From positions 1-49,212 of the IMG/VR virus record IMGVR_UViG_3300020045_004404: a DNA stretch of 49,212 nucleotides. One strand, 5' to 3'. The translations under genes were made by a program, and so were the position numbers. Positions 28,499-37,510 of the stretch are shown piece after piece. The stretch comes from a virus (Duplodnaviria; Caudoviricetes). The number at the start of each line of letters is the position of its first letter. The first letter of the stretch is position 1. The notes beneath the pieces are model-generated. The model was not told where the DNA came from. It saw only the letters and a program-made list of their open reading frames with translations, and did no database searches.

Positions 28499-29597
28499 CT
28501 TCAGTGTTAAGAATTGCTGCGCACTCTCTGATTCTGATACCACGGAATTTCAGAACTTCTGATCCGTTTTCAATTTCAGAGCGAGAGAACCCCGGAAGAC
28601 CTAAGTCAACCATGAAGTCTAAAGCCGCTACTACCATTGTATTGGCGTAGATGAAAGTTTTACCTTTCTGTTGGTTACGACCTTCGTGCTGGTAGTATGC
28701 AAGCTTGAAAAGCCCTGCAATGTTATCAGCTGAAGCTACCAAAGATGATACAGTATCTGGCGCACCCGGAGTGTTAGCGTTAGCTGTAAGTGCGTTCGCA
28801 GAAGAGAAGTATTTAACTGTCTTCTGAGCGTTGATAAATGCTAAAAGGTTTTCAGTGTCGATACCAGCTACACGTACTACGTATCTCCAGTCACGTAGAG
28901 AAACCCCTACTTGCCAAGAGAAATCGTCACGGTAAACAAAGTAAGTACCTTCTGGGCCTTCTTTGTTGATTTTACCGTTATCTACTTGGTTTACCCCAGC
29001 TTTAGAACCTTTAGGGTAGATCAAGTGAAGAGTAGAGCTGTCCCAAGTAATAAACCAAACTGAAGTACACTTACCAGAGTCACCGCCAGCAATTGTACCT
29101 GCACCGTGTACAATGTTCTTACCGTTTTCAGCAGTAAGAGAAGAGAAACGCTGAACTAGGCCGCGTGGAGCACGTGGGTTAGTAGATGAGTTACCGTAGA
29201 TAACCAAAGTTTCTACACCTTGACCGAGGGCTTCAACGTGATCAGAAGCTTCTTCTAAACGAGCAGACTTCTTATCTTCAGCTTTTTCAAAGATGTCGAT
29301 GTAATCTGTCTCAATCTCTGCAGCAGTAGCGATAACAGAACAAGTATCTTCTACTTGCATTTTGTTACCACGTGAAGCAGGTACCCCACCGTACAACGCT
29401 TTTAACACGTAAGTAGGTAGACCTTTCTTGATTAGAGTTTTGTGTTTCGTACCATCGTTACACGGTAAAGCTAGAGCATCTTCGATGATCGGCTTATTAC
29501 GTGAGGCCATATTGATAACGTCTGCTTCAGACATGTCTTTGCCCATTTGAATGGCCAAATCTTTGAACGAGTAGTAGTTTGAAGAAATAACTGACAT
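28485..29597 (-). CDS. Major capsid protein (BPP-1 Bbp17 / epsilon15 gp7-like)
   Basis: CNDGTKHKT...GLP, TSVWF..W, IYPKGSKAG, RDWRYVVRVA and FRGIRIRECAAILNTE motifs. Confidence 0.92.
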   Translation of the reverse strand: MSVISSNYYSFKDLAIQMGKDMSEADVINMASRNKPIIEDALALPCNDGTKHKTLIKKGLPTYVLKALYGGVPASRGNKMQVEDTCSVIATAAEIETDYIDIFEKAEDKKSARLEEASDHVEALGQGVETLVIYGNSSTNPRAPRGLVQRFSSLTAENGKNIVHGAGTIAGGDSGKCTSVWFITWDSSTLHLIYPKGSKAGVNQVDNGKINKEGPEGTYFVYRDDFSWQVGVSLRDWRYVVRVAGIDTENLLAFINAQKTVKYFSSANALTANANTPGAPDTVSSLVASADNIAGLFKLAYYQHEGRNQQKGKTFIYANTMVVAALDFMVDLGLPGFSRSEIENGSEVLKFRGIRIRECAAILNTEDPLQ

Positions 29598-29639
29598 ATA
29601 TTAAACCTTTGTTTAGTTACCTATTAGGTATTCATTTTT

Positions 29640-29669
29640 ATGTTAAGAGGTACTACCTGTACGTGTCAA
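29640..29669 (-). promoter_or_regulatory. Promoter TTGACA-N18-TAACAT upstream of the MCP gene
   Basis: -35 at 29669-29664 and -10 at 29645-29640, intergenic. Confidence 0.7.
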
Positions 29670-29677
29670 CTACCTTT

Positions 29678-30382
29678 TTACATATCTTTATAAAAATTAT
29701 TAGCTGCCTTATTAGTGTCAGCGTTACCTTCCCCTAAAACGCTAGCACTTTTCTTAACTGCAGGTAGGTTATTACTCCCGCCTCTAATCTTATCACCTAC
29801 CGAAATAAGGAACTTAGCTAGGGGAATGTTAAAGTTCATCGAAGGGTCTTTAAACATTTCTTTGAACTCAGGGGTATTACCGAAAGCCTTGATAGACTCC
29901 CGCATAGAAAGTTTAGCCTCTATAGTGTGTAGGCTAGCTTCACCTTTATACGCGGTAACCATATTCTTAGTGCGCTCTTCAGCAGCTTTTTCAAAAATTT
30001 GGTGGCTAGCTTTATGAGAAGACTCGCGTAAGGCAATAAGCTTTTCCGCATCAGTCTTACTTAGTTTAAGGCGCTCGGCTTCAGCTACCACTTCATCAAA
30101 CTCTTCATCTGACAAAGGGCTTTCTTCAGAAAGCTCTAACTCGTAAGGCTCAATATCTGTAGCTGCGGGCTCTTCTGTTTTAGGGGGTTCAACTGCAGCT
30201 TCTTCAACAGGAGGTTCAGTACTAGTACCTTCTTCAATAATCCCAGTAGGAGTACTAGAGGCCGAGTCCTTCGCCTGAGTCGTGGCTTCCGTTTTCGCCT
30301 CTGTTGAAGTAGTGGTCGAAGTCGAACTCGCGTCCGGCGTCGTGTTCTTCAATGCTGCGTTTGTTGTGCTTTCTTTGCTCAT
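29678..30382 (-). CDS. Scaffold / capsid assembly protein
   Basis: Acidic disordered N-terminus and PYEL...LKLSKTDAEKL pattern; immediately upstream of MCP. Confidence 0.75.
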   Translation of the reverse strand: MSKESTTNAALKNTTPDASSTSTTTSTEAKTEATTQAKDSASSTPTGIIEEGTSTEPPVEEAAVEPPKTEEPAATDIEPYELELSEESPLSDEEFDEVVAEAERLKLSKTDAEKLIALRESSHKASHQIFEKAAEERTKNMVTAYKGEASLHTIEAKLSMRESIKAFGNTPEFKEMFKDPSMNFNIPLAKFLISVGDKIRGGSNNLPAVKKSASVLGEGNADTNKAANNFYKDM

Positions 30383-30614
30383 TTTCTAGCTCCTTGCTTG
30401 CCAGATACGCCTCTTCTTGCATGACGTAGTACTGGGATCTGTTGTTTTCCTGAATTTGACTTAATACGTATAGGGCCACTTGCCTCTTACCTTCCTTCCG
30501 ATAAAGGTCATTAGCTGACCCGTCTGCAGAGTGGTAAAGACCGCAGAAGGCAATAAGATCATTAATGAACTTACGACCCTCTGGGTGATCCATGATTTTG
30601 TTAATATAACTCAT
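30255..30614 (-). CDS. Bbp19-like small protein after the portal, with extended tail ending EGLGL
   Basis: EGRKFI..L...CG and EGKRQVAL motifs; 128-nt overlap with the scaffold gene. Confidence 0.75.
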   Translation of the reverse strand: MSYINKIMDHPEGRKFINDLIAFCGLYHSADGSANDLYRKEGKRQVALYVLSQIQENNRSQYYVMQEEAYLASKELENEQRKHNKRSIEEHDAGREFDFDHYFNRGENGSHDSGEGLGL

Positions 30615-30615
30615 T

Positions 30616-32400
30616 TTAAATTCTCGATGCTGCCATCAGAGTATCAAGCGCTGAGCCTTCTCCAACTTTGGCCTGTCCTAGGTTTTTAGCTACTTCAGAC
30701 TGATTAATAGCGGTTTGCTGTTGCTGCATAGTAGCCTGCTTCAACTGCTCCTGCTCTTGTGCTTTCTTAAACTCATCTTCAGTTAATAGTAAATTAGGGT
30801 TTAATCCTATCGAATCGCCGTACTCTCGTAAATATCTTTCAGACTTAATAATTTTAACTACGCTTGGGTCACCTGTAGTTTCCGCTACTGATCCCGCAAC
30901 TCCTAAGAATCTTTCCATAGTCGTAAGGTTAGCTGCTTTCTGTGCAAGTGCTAACGACGATACGTACTCAATTTTAATAGGTGTACCACCATTTTCTTTA
31001 AGCATTGATTCAGGTAACTTCTCAAGTCTACCCTGCTCGCGCAAGATGTGACGGTTGTTACCGATGATCTTGGATCCGATATCAAAGTCCCACTGTGAAA
31101 GTGCTGGGCCTAGAAGCTGTAACTTTTCTGCCGAACGAGAACTAATCTCAGTAGCAGAAACGTGTGACTTAAGATCTTGCCCTAAAAGAGACATGAATAA
31201 GTTGATGAAATATGCTTCTTCAATTATTTCTTTATAATCTGCCTGACTCCCAATTAACTCTGCCACTCTAGCATCAACTTCGAAAGCAGGTTTAAAAGTG
31301 GCCCCTAAAGCACTGTCTTCTACGTACGTAATACCGCCAGCTAGGATAGACGACTGATGTCTTCTCATACTAGCAGGTGCCACCATAGGTGGACGTACAA
31401 TCTTATCAACCGCATTGACTCTCGCTCTCTGCATTTCTTGGAAAGTCATAATGTCAGCAAGCGATAACTGAGTCGGTCCACCTGTACCAAAATTTTCTTC
31501 GGCCAGAAGCTCCCAGCGTGAAATGATAACAGGGAAGTAACTAAAGCCAGTTACCTTTAAAAACCCGTTATTACCGCCGACTACCTCCGCTCTATCGCGG
31601 TTTAGTTCTCTAGCAGACATGCCAGATAACTGACCAGACGCCGAACCAAAGCGCTGAACGTACGTGTAGGCCTGAAACTTTCTATCAGTACTATCAAGTC
31701 TATTTTCGTTAGCAGGGTCCCATTTTCTGTTAGGTACGATAACCAGAGTTAAGTATACCTTCTCATTGTACATTGCCTTCTCGTAGCAATCCCTAATGTA
31801 CTTGTGCATATTAGCCCAGATCTTGCGACCGTTCTCATCTACTGCACAATAGTTATCAACTACCTGTTTAACCGTGTACACAAAGTCACGGCAAAACATG
31901 TCGGGGTTACCTTCGGCGTCACAAGAGAATGAGTACGTACCTATCGCTAGCGGATACAGCCAAGACCCGTAAATAGGGTGCGGAAGCTGTAAGCAAGCGC
32001 CAGTAGAAAATGTCAGGGTATCTTTATATAAAAGAGGTAGCGCCCGGTAAGTGTTATTTACCTGCATTACTTCCGCAATGATATCATCTTCGCGCTTGAT
32101 AAACTGTTTGTTAGCAGTACTTTTGGCCGCAATAGGATTCGCCACTACCGAGTTAAACCAAGGTCTAGTTTTAGGTGTAGCACCGTTAAACATCCCCGAG
32201 GTAGAAGTACGTAAGCACATACCTGCAGTATTTATCAGTACTTTAGACTCTAGTTTTCTAGCTATCTTTTCGCCACCGTTCTTAATCGCCCTAGGGTTAA
32301 CATAAGCGGCCGCTAGTCGAAATTCTGGCATGTACTCTTGGAGCTCATTAACCATGTCCGACCGCAGATACTCTATTTCAGACAGTGTGTAAGTGTACAT
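30616..32400 (-). CDS. Portal (head-tail connector), T7 gp8 / Bbp21-like
   Basis: TP..RPWF, SRW...FG.GP, SATEI..R..EKL..LGP and IEYVSSLA.AQ motifs. Confidence 0.92.
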   Translation of the reverse strand: MYTYTLSEIEYLRSDMVNELQEYMPEFRLAAAYVNPRAIKNGGEKIARKLESKVLINTAGMCLRTSTSGMFNGATPKTRPWFNSVVANPIAAKSTANKQFIKREDDIIAEVMQVNNTYRALPLLYKDTLTFSTGACLQLPHPIYGSWLYPLAIGTYSFSCDAEGNPDMFCRDFVYTVKQVVDNYCAVDENGRKIWANMHKYIRDCYEKAMYNEKVYLTLVIVPNRKWDPANENRLDSTDRKFQAYTYVQRFGSASGQLSGMSARELNRDRAEVVGGNNGFLKVTGFSYFPVIISRWELLAEENFGTGGPTQLSLADIMTFQEMQRARVNAVDKIVRPPMVAPASMRRHQSSILAGGITYVEDSALGATFKPAFEVDARVAELIGSQADYKEIIEEAYFINLFMSLLGQDLKSHVSATEISSRSAEKLQLLGPALSQWDFDIGSKIIGNNRHILREQGRLEKLPESMLKENGGTPIKIEYVSSLALAQKAANLTTMERFLGVAGSVAETTGDPSVVKIIKSERYLREYGDSIGLNPNLLLTEDEFKKAQEQEQLKQATMQQQQTAINQSEVAKNLGQAKVGEGSALDTLMAASRI

Positions 32401-32409
32401 TTATTCCCC

Positions 32410-33006
32410 TTACTCGTTAGTCGCTGATAGGGCCGATTTAATCTTTTCAATTTTCTGTCTGGCCGTACCAATCTTCTCATCGTCGTCAGCAGCATCTAGC
32501 TCGCCCATAAGGTCATTTAACTGAGTACTCAATGTAGCAATGTCAGCTTTATACGGGGCAATCTTAATAGCTTTTTGTTCTTGCATCTCTAGGTTCTGAG
32601 CAGGAGTAATCTGTTGGCCAGTCTTGTCAGTCTTTGGTACTTCTGTTGCAGCTACAGTATTGATAGTGGCTTTAGGTGCTTTACTATTAGAGTATCCTGT
32701 CGCAGGGTCATAACTATCGTCACCCTCCCCAGCAGTAGCTTTAAAGCCTGCTTTAGCTGCAGTAGGGACTTTACTATCTCCAAGAGTCTTAGCAGTACCT
32801 TTCAAGCTACCTGCGCTAGGAACGATACCTAGACCGCCCACTACTGCTTTACGCTTAGGAGCAAACTTACCGTCTTTGTTAATACTATGAGTAGCGGGGT
32901 CGATTTCCCCAGACTTAATCTTGGCAGCAATCTCAGGAGTAGTGGTAACTTTCTGTTTACCAAATAATGTTGCTACCCTCTTTGCTTTCTTTTTATCTGT
33001 GGCCAT
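32410..33006 (-). CDS. Hypothetical basic protein, 198 aa
   Basis: AAGGA RBS; lies between TerL and the portal. Confidence 0.75.
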   Translation of the reverse strand: MATDKKKAKRVATLFGKQKVTTTPEIAAKIKSGEIDPATHSINKDGKFAPKRKAVVGGLGIVPSAGSLKGTAKTLGDSKVPTAAKAGFKATAGEGDDSYDPATGYSNSKAPKATINTVAATEVPKTDKTGQQITPAQNLEMQEQKAIKIAPYKADIATLSTQLNDLMGELDAADDDEKIGTARQKIEKIKSALSATNE

Positions 33007-33021
33007 ACTTACGTCCTTGTT

Positions 33022-34791
33022 TTAAGATAGATGTTTTGAGTTTATACTATGTCTCGAACCCGTGTCATTAGATTTATGAAGCCCTTCATTAGAGGCTTCC
33101 GCACGCATTCTAAGCGTTCTAAGTAGTATCCTCTCATCCAGTGGTCTGAGGTTTCCTTCCTCATCGTAAGAGTCTTTATCTTCAGTGGGATCAACTGCCC
33201 CCTGCTTTAGCATACTAACTTCGGCAAAGGTCTGCGCAAGGGCATCAGCTCTATCGGGTGAACGACCTATACGTTTTCTGATTTCTTCTTTAGGTTCAAG
33301 TTCAAAACGTGAACCTCTGATATTTAGCTTAGGTGCTAGCAGGTCTTCTTTGAGCATAGGGTCATTAGGTATCGCTAACCCTGCCCGAATCGAATCCCGC
33401 ATCTTACAGTACATTTCAGTACGGATGTTGTTAAAACTCTCCGGCTGAGTAGCAGTCCTGTTATAGATAATAGATACTACGTCAAGTGAGCCTTCTGCCT
33501 TTAGATAATCTACGACTGAAAGTCCATAACCCCCGGTACCATCCACTTTAACTCTTTGAACCTTGCGAGCAAAAGCCTCACGTAAAACTGCTCGCCCTAC
33601 TTCATGCCCATCAGCTTTAGGATTAACTTTAACAAATGGATGAGTTTTAAGCCCTCTACGGGTAACGATAATCGTATCATCTCCACCACGGGAAACGTCC
33701 ACGCCCATAGAAGGTTCATGGTGGGCCACTAAGTGGTCTTCATAGGTCCGGCGCATGGCCTCGTCGATTTCCCACTCGGCTAAGAAGAGCTCTTGAGAAG
33801 TATCCGGGTAAATCCCTAATACGTTAATTTTAACTACTGGGTGATCTCTCCCACCGTACTTATCGATTACCCCTTGCGCCCAAGCTTTTGAAACTCGCTT
33901 AGAACGTTTAGGGTCAAGTGGATCCGAGCTGATGTTAATCATCTGCCACTGAGTAGCTTCTACAGACTTATTGCCTGACTGGTTAGAAGTGTACACGCGG
34001 TAAAAGAGGCCCCTTGGCATCTCGGCGTTAGCGCAAGCTAGTATCCGGGCAAACTTTGGAATAGTCGGGTGAAGCTGCTCATTCGCTAGAATCGCATCGG
34101 CCGTATCCCATAGTGAGTCAGGCATAGAACCCGCCTCATCTACAAAAAACGCTACGTGGTTAGCGTGAAGCCCTGCTAGAGCAGACTTCATGTCTTCTTC
34201 GTTGGATCCCTTGGGAATTGAACGAGAAGCGATAAAGGCAATGGTTGAACCTTTAATCCCAATACGGGTAGCACTGTAATCTAGGTGCGATTTTAAGAAG
34301 GGAGACTTCTCAATGAACTTCGTTATCTCGGCCCAAAGGTTATCTCGCAAGTGATCTTTAGTAACTGACATCACGGCAATCTTCGGCTCGTGATACAGGA
34401 CCAACATATAAAGCGCACATCCAGCAAGAAGCTTAGTTTTACCTACACCCTTTGATGCGATGGCAACAGTTCTCTCGTTTTTGAGAAAGCTATCCACGAA
34501 GTCAACTTGCCAATCGTCCAGCTCCATCCCAAGGACTTCTTCGAAGAAGATCTTGTACTTTACCCGCCACAGCCTAAGCTTCTCAGGTAGGGTTACTTTT
34601 AATGCGTTATTCGGATTGTTGTTAAACTTTTCATTGAGGCTAATAGACTTCTTCTGAAGCGCCTCTTCATACTTAGGTGCAAACATTAAGATGTCTGCAG
34701 GTTCTAAGTACTCAACCGTTTGGCTTGGTATCGGTACATCTACCCTAGGTGCTAGCAGTAAATCGAAAATATCGTCATGCTGAGCACTCAA
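33022..34791 (-). CDS. terL: Terminase large subunit
   Basis: ASKGVGKT Walker A, FFVDEA Walker B, GVDVSRGGDD and SPDRADAL nuclease motifs; TTG start. Confidence 0.93.
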   Translation of the reverse strand: MSAQHDDIFDLLLAPRVDVPIPSQTVEYLEPADILMFAPKYEEALQKKSISLNEKFNNNPNNALKVTLPEKLRLWRVKYKIFFEEVLGMELDDWQVDFVDSFLKNERTVAIASKGVGKTKLLAGCALYMLVLYHEPKIAVMSVTKDHLRDNLWAEITKFIEKSPFLKSHLDYSATRIGIKGSTIAFIASRSIPKGSNEEDMKSALAGLHANHVAFFVDEAGSMPDSLWDTADAILANEQLHPTIPKFARILACANAEMPRGLFYRVYTSNQSGNKSVEATQWQMINISSDPLDPKRSKRVSKAWAQGVIDKYGGRDHPVVKINVLGIYPDTSQELFLAEWEIDEAMRRTYEDHLVAHHEPSMGVDVSRGGDDTIIVTRRGLKTHPFVKVNPKADGHEVGRAVLREAFARKVQRVKVDGTGGYGLSVVDYLKAEGSLDVVSIIYNRTATQPESFNNIRTEMYCKMRDSIRAGLAIPNDPMLKEDLLAPKLNIRGSRFELEPKEEIRKRIGRSPDRADALAQTFAEVSMLKQGAVDPTEDKDSYDEEGNLRPLDERILLRTLRMRAEASNEGLHKSNDTGSRHSINSKHLS

Positions 34792-34792
34792 A

Positions 34793-35374
34793 TTAAAGTC
34801 CTAATGTTGTTAGATCTGGTATCTCTTTACCAGTCATATCTTTATAATCCGCTTCAATCGCTTCGATCGGACGGTTCACATCCGTAAAGCTAGATAGGAT
34901 TAAATCTGTAATACTCACGTTATGATTCACGTTTAAGTTACTATGATAGTCCCCTTCCATCTTGTTATACATGTCAAGCGCCTTAAGCCTTTCTGCCATA
35001 GTAGGTGGTGCAGGTGGGACCTCTTGCCCGTAATCATCTTTCACCATTCGCTCGAACGGGTCGGCATTCCTCACGATAGAAGTCAAAAACTCCATACGGT
35101 CAATCTTAGTTAGCAGATTAGCTTCACGCCGTTCTCCTTTAACTTGGGCATTGCGAATAGCTTGCTGGATGTCTGGGCGTCTAAGTAACTCCATACCTCG
35201 CGCCTGAAGTGCTAAGTCCGTACCTTGGTAACCCGCTATTCTAAGCGCATATACAAGATCACCCTCGTACGCACGTACAAAGCGAGCTATGCGCGGATTA
35301 TCGAGGTCAGGGTACTTTATACCCCTTTCGATAATATCTTGAATGTCGGGAGCAGTAGCTACTTCATTGGTCAT
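34793..35374 (-). CDS. terS: Terminase small subunit, ends TTLGL
   Basis: RFVRAY...A.RIAGY...G.ELL.RPDIQ HTH-like pattern and ERLKALD; directly upstream of TerL. Confidence 0.85.
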   Translation of the reverse strand: MTNEVATAPDIQDIIERGIKYPDLDNPRIARFVRAYEGDLVYALRIAGYQGTDLALQARGMELLRRPDIQQAIRNAQVKGERREANLLTKIDRMEFLTSIVRNADPFERMVKDDYGQEVPPAPPTMAERLKALDMYNKMEGDYHSNLNVNHNVSITDLILSSFTDVNRPIEAIEADYKDMTGKEIPDLTTLGL

Positions 35375-35383
35375 TTTAAAAGA

Positions 35384-35620
35384 TTAACATGGAGTAGGCT
35401 GAGGTATCAAGCCTTTAGCTTCGGCCGCACGTTTGGCAGTATTCTCAGCAAAGATCTCTGCCCGGTCAATGTGGTAGCCTTCGGGAGCAGTAAAGCCTAT
35501 ACGTATCTGCTTACCCTTGATTTGCACTAGGGCCACTTTGATTACGTCCCCATTAGGAACGGTAATCATGATGTCAGTTTCTCTGGTCTGTGATGTGATT
35601 CTTCTAGTTAATACAAGCAT
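35384..35620 (-). CDS. csrA: Carbon storage regulator CsrA/RsmA homologue
   Basis: MLVLTRR...IKVALVQIKGKQIRIGFTAP...IDRAEI is the CsrA signature. Confidence 0.92.
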   Translation of the reverse strand: MLVLTRRITSQTRETDIMITVPNGDVIKVALVQIKGKQIRIGFTAPEGYHIDRAEIFAENTAKRAAEAKGLIPQPTPC

Positions 35621-35642
35621 GTTTTTACCCTTCGATAGTAAG

Positions 35643-35703
35643 TTGTGTAGGCGCAGGTTTTAAACCTTACTGGTACTCCTGCCTAGGACTATGGCCTACA
35701 CAA
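35643..35703 (-). ncRNA. Structured RNA element in the csrA leader (tRNA-like, lacking an anticodon arm)
   Basis: Perfect 10-bp closing stem TTGTGTAGGC/GCCTACACAA enclosing TCCT-AGGC-AGGA and AGG-TTTAAAA-CCT hairpins. Confidence 0.45.
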
Positions 35704-35726
35704 ATATTCTAGGTGTATTACGCTAA

Positions 35727-35909
35727 TTAAGCAAGGCAGGGTTTAGCTTTAGACTTTACTCCGCAGATAAACCCGTCACGCCAGATTTGTACAATCTCGT
35801 GAACTTTTAAGTTTTTAAGGAGGGTGAAGTTTTTACGGCGGAATAGCGCTAGCTGGTCACGTTGACCCTTCGATAAAGATGAAGTGCCGGATTTCTTAGA
35901 TACGCTCAT
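35727..35909 (-). CDS. Small basic hypothetical protein, first gene of the leftward arm
   Basis: AAGGA RBS, with a candidate promoter directly upstream. Confidence 0.65.
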   Translation of the reverse strand: MSVSKKSGTSSLSKGQRDQLALFRRKNFTLLKNLKVHEIVQIWRDGFICGVKSKAKPCLA

Positions 35910-35936
35910 TTAGGTGTCCTTGTTAGGTTGACCTAA

Positions 35937-35966
35937 ATTGTCTGAGGTGTTTGGTGAAGGTGTCAA
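35937..35966 (-). promoter_or_regulatory. Promoter TTGACA-N18-GACAAT for the leftward arm
   Basis: Perfect -35 at 35966-35961; weaker -10. Confidence 0.5.
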
Positions 35967-36182
35967 CTGAAGATTAAATGGTCAGTCCTACCAAGCCTAA
36001 GAACGATTAAAAACTTAAACTTGGTAAAACTGGTTTGTCCGACGGTATTGAGAATTTTAAATCTCACCTTAGGACGGTACTTTAAACTTTCGGACTGTGC
36101 TATTCGCCGTCAACTAGATTCAAAGTTCAACCAGCATACTTTTAGATAAGTTAAACAGTCAAGCAGAATTTTATGAGGAGTG

Positions 36183-36352
36183 AAAATTTTTAGCCGGGTA
36201 TCCTAGGTTAACAGGTTAACAAGTGGGCGGGAATCAAGGTTAACAGGTTAACAACCATACGGAAGTAGTAAGCCTGTCTGAAAATTACCCAGTAAAATTT
36301 TTAGCGGGGGTGGGATATACCCCCCTGCGCGCGTGCGGAAAGGGGGAAGGCC
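36183..36352. repeat. Short direct repeats and a G/C-run block; candidate genome terminus/packaging site
   Basis: AGGTTAAC at 36205, 36213, 36237 and 36245; AAAATTTTTAGC at 36183 and 36294; GGGGGTGGGATATACCCCCC block. Confidence 0.55.
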
Positions 36353-37147
36353 CACTTGACACACTGAGTCAACCATCAAGCCTCTAACTAAGAATATACG
36401 CAGCACATGTGAAATCTTACATCTTGTCAAGCAATGTCAAGCAGTTAACTCTCCAAGCTTGACAGGTTAACCGCTTGACAATGTAATCAAGCTCACCAAG
36501 TCCACTAGGTTACAGATCACATGCTCGGAGAGTTACCTAGCTAAACAGGCATTCAGCTACATTATATAGGACATACAAGCTTAACCGCTTAAATCGCGTT
36601 AAGCCGTTAAGCATGTTCAAAGTTGGAGAGTTTGAGGCATTATGTCCCGTTTGTGGCCTTCGAGGATCGACGAGGTGACGTTTTCAGGGCAGGGTCAAGG
36701 TCTAGACATGGACTGGCAGGTGAAACGATCGTCAGGGCGATTTGAGCTTGAGCATGGATGCAGTGTGTAAACAGGCACGCAAGTTCAACCACTTGACAGG
36801 TTAACCTGAATGACTTGCTTGACAGGCTGGACGGAGAGTCACTTGACACAGAAGTGCCCTTTCTACGAATGTGATTACGGGCAGTTAGTTTGATATCAAG
36901 TACATAGGTAGGGTAAATACTTATCTTGTAGATTGTGCTAACAATATGCATGTTTACAAATTTACAGACAAGAAAACTTGTATAACTATTAACTTTTATT
37001 TTTAAACAATCGACATGATAAGTATTAATAAAGCTTAAGATATTGATTAACTGTTAAAAGCTAAACTATGTGCATTTATACTCCATGCGTAATAGGTATA
37101 ATTTACAATACATGTTTACTTGTACTACAAACAAACGTACAAATAGC

Positions 37148-37175
37148 TTGACAGCATATAATAACGCTGTACAAT
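37148..37175 (+). promoter_or_regulatory. Early rightward promoter TTGACA-N16-TACAAT
   Basis: Near-consensus hexamers ahead of the first + strand gene, following an AT-rich tract. Confidence 0.6.
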
Positions 37176-37206
37176 GTTGACAACACTAAGGTGTAAAGGA
37201 AATATC

Positions 37207-37482
37207 ATGAAAGTCATAACCGTAACGCGCTCCGCTCGACCTTCTACCACGGCACTAGTCAGTGAAACGCCTAGATTACATAAGGTATCAGAATCCAGCG
37301 TTACTATCGTAGTATCTTACCTACTTGAGACTAAGGACATGTTTCTTACATTCAGCGAGCAAGAATTACGCGATATGTTAAGTCATATAGCAGACAAGGT
37401 AAAAGAGCAGGATAACTTCATGGATACACTGAAAGGTAAGTCCACGCCCAGCACACCAAACGACTCAGGATCACTAGTTTAA
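37207..37482 (+). CDS. Early hypothetical protein, ends SGSLV
   Basis: AAAGGA RBS favours ATG 37207 over 37174. Confidence 0.75.
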   Translation: MKVITVTRSARPSTTALVSETPRLHKVSESSVTIVVSYLLETKDMFLTFSEQELRDMLSHIADKVKEQDNFMDTLKGKSTPSTPNDSGSLV

Positions 37483-37510
37483 ATATTTAACATATAAGGA
37501 GAATATTCAC

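Noticed and set aside
35643-35703. Functional tRNA gene
   Set aside because: No anticodon arm, the T-loop lacks TTC and there is no CCA; kept only as a tRNA-like structured element.
35691-35726. 11-codon + strand ORF (MAYTNILGVLR) after AGGACT
   Set aside because: The SD-ATG spacing is only 2 nt, it is antisense to the local operon and it sits inside a stem; the sequence is treated as RNA structure instead.
36205-36252. CRISPR-like or mini-array interpretation of the AGGTTAAC repeats
   Set aside because: The units are only 8-16 nt with no regular unique spacers, and there are no cas genes; the DUF2800-like nuclease is in its usual replication context.
36248-36951. ORFs 36248..36430 and 36640..36951 in the control region
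   Set aside because: No RBS, they run across repeats and palindromes, and the composition is not protein-like.
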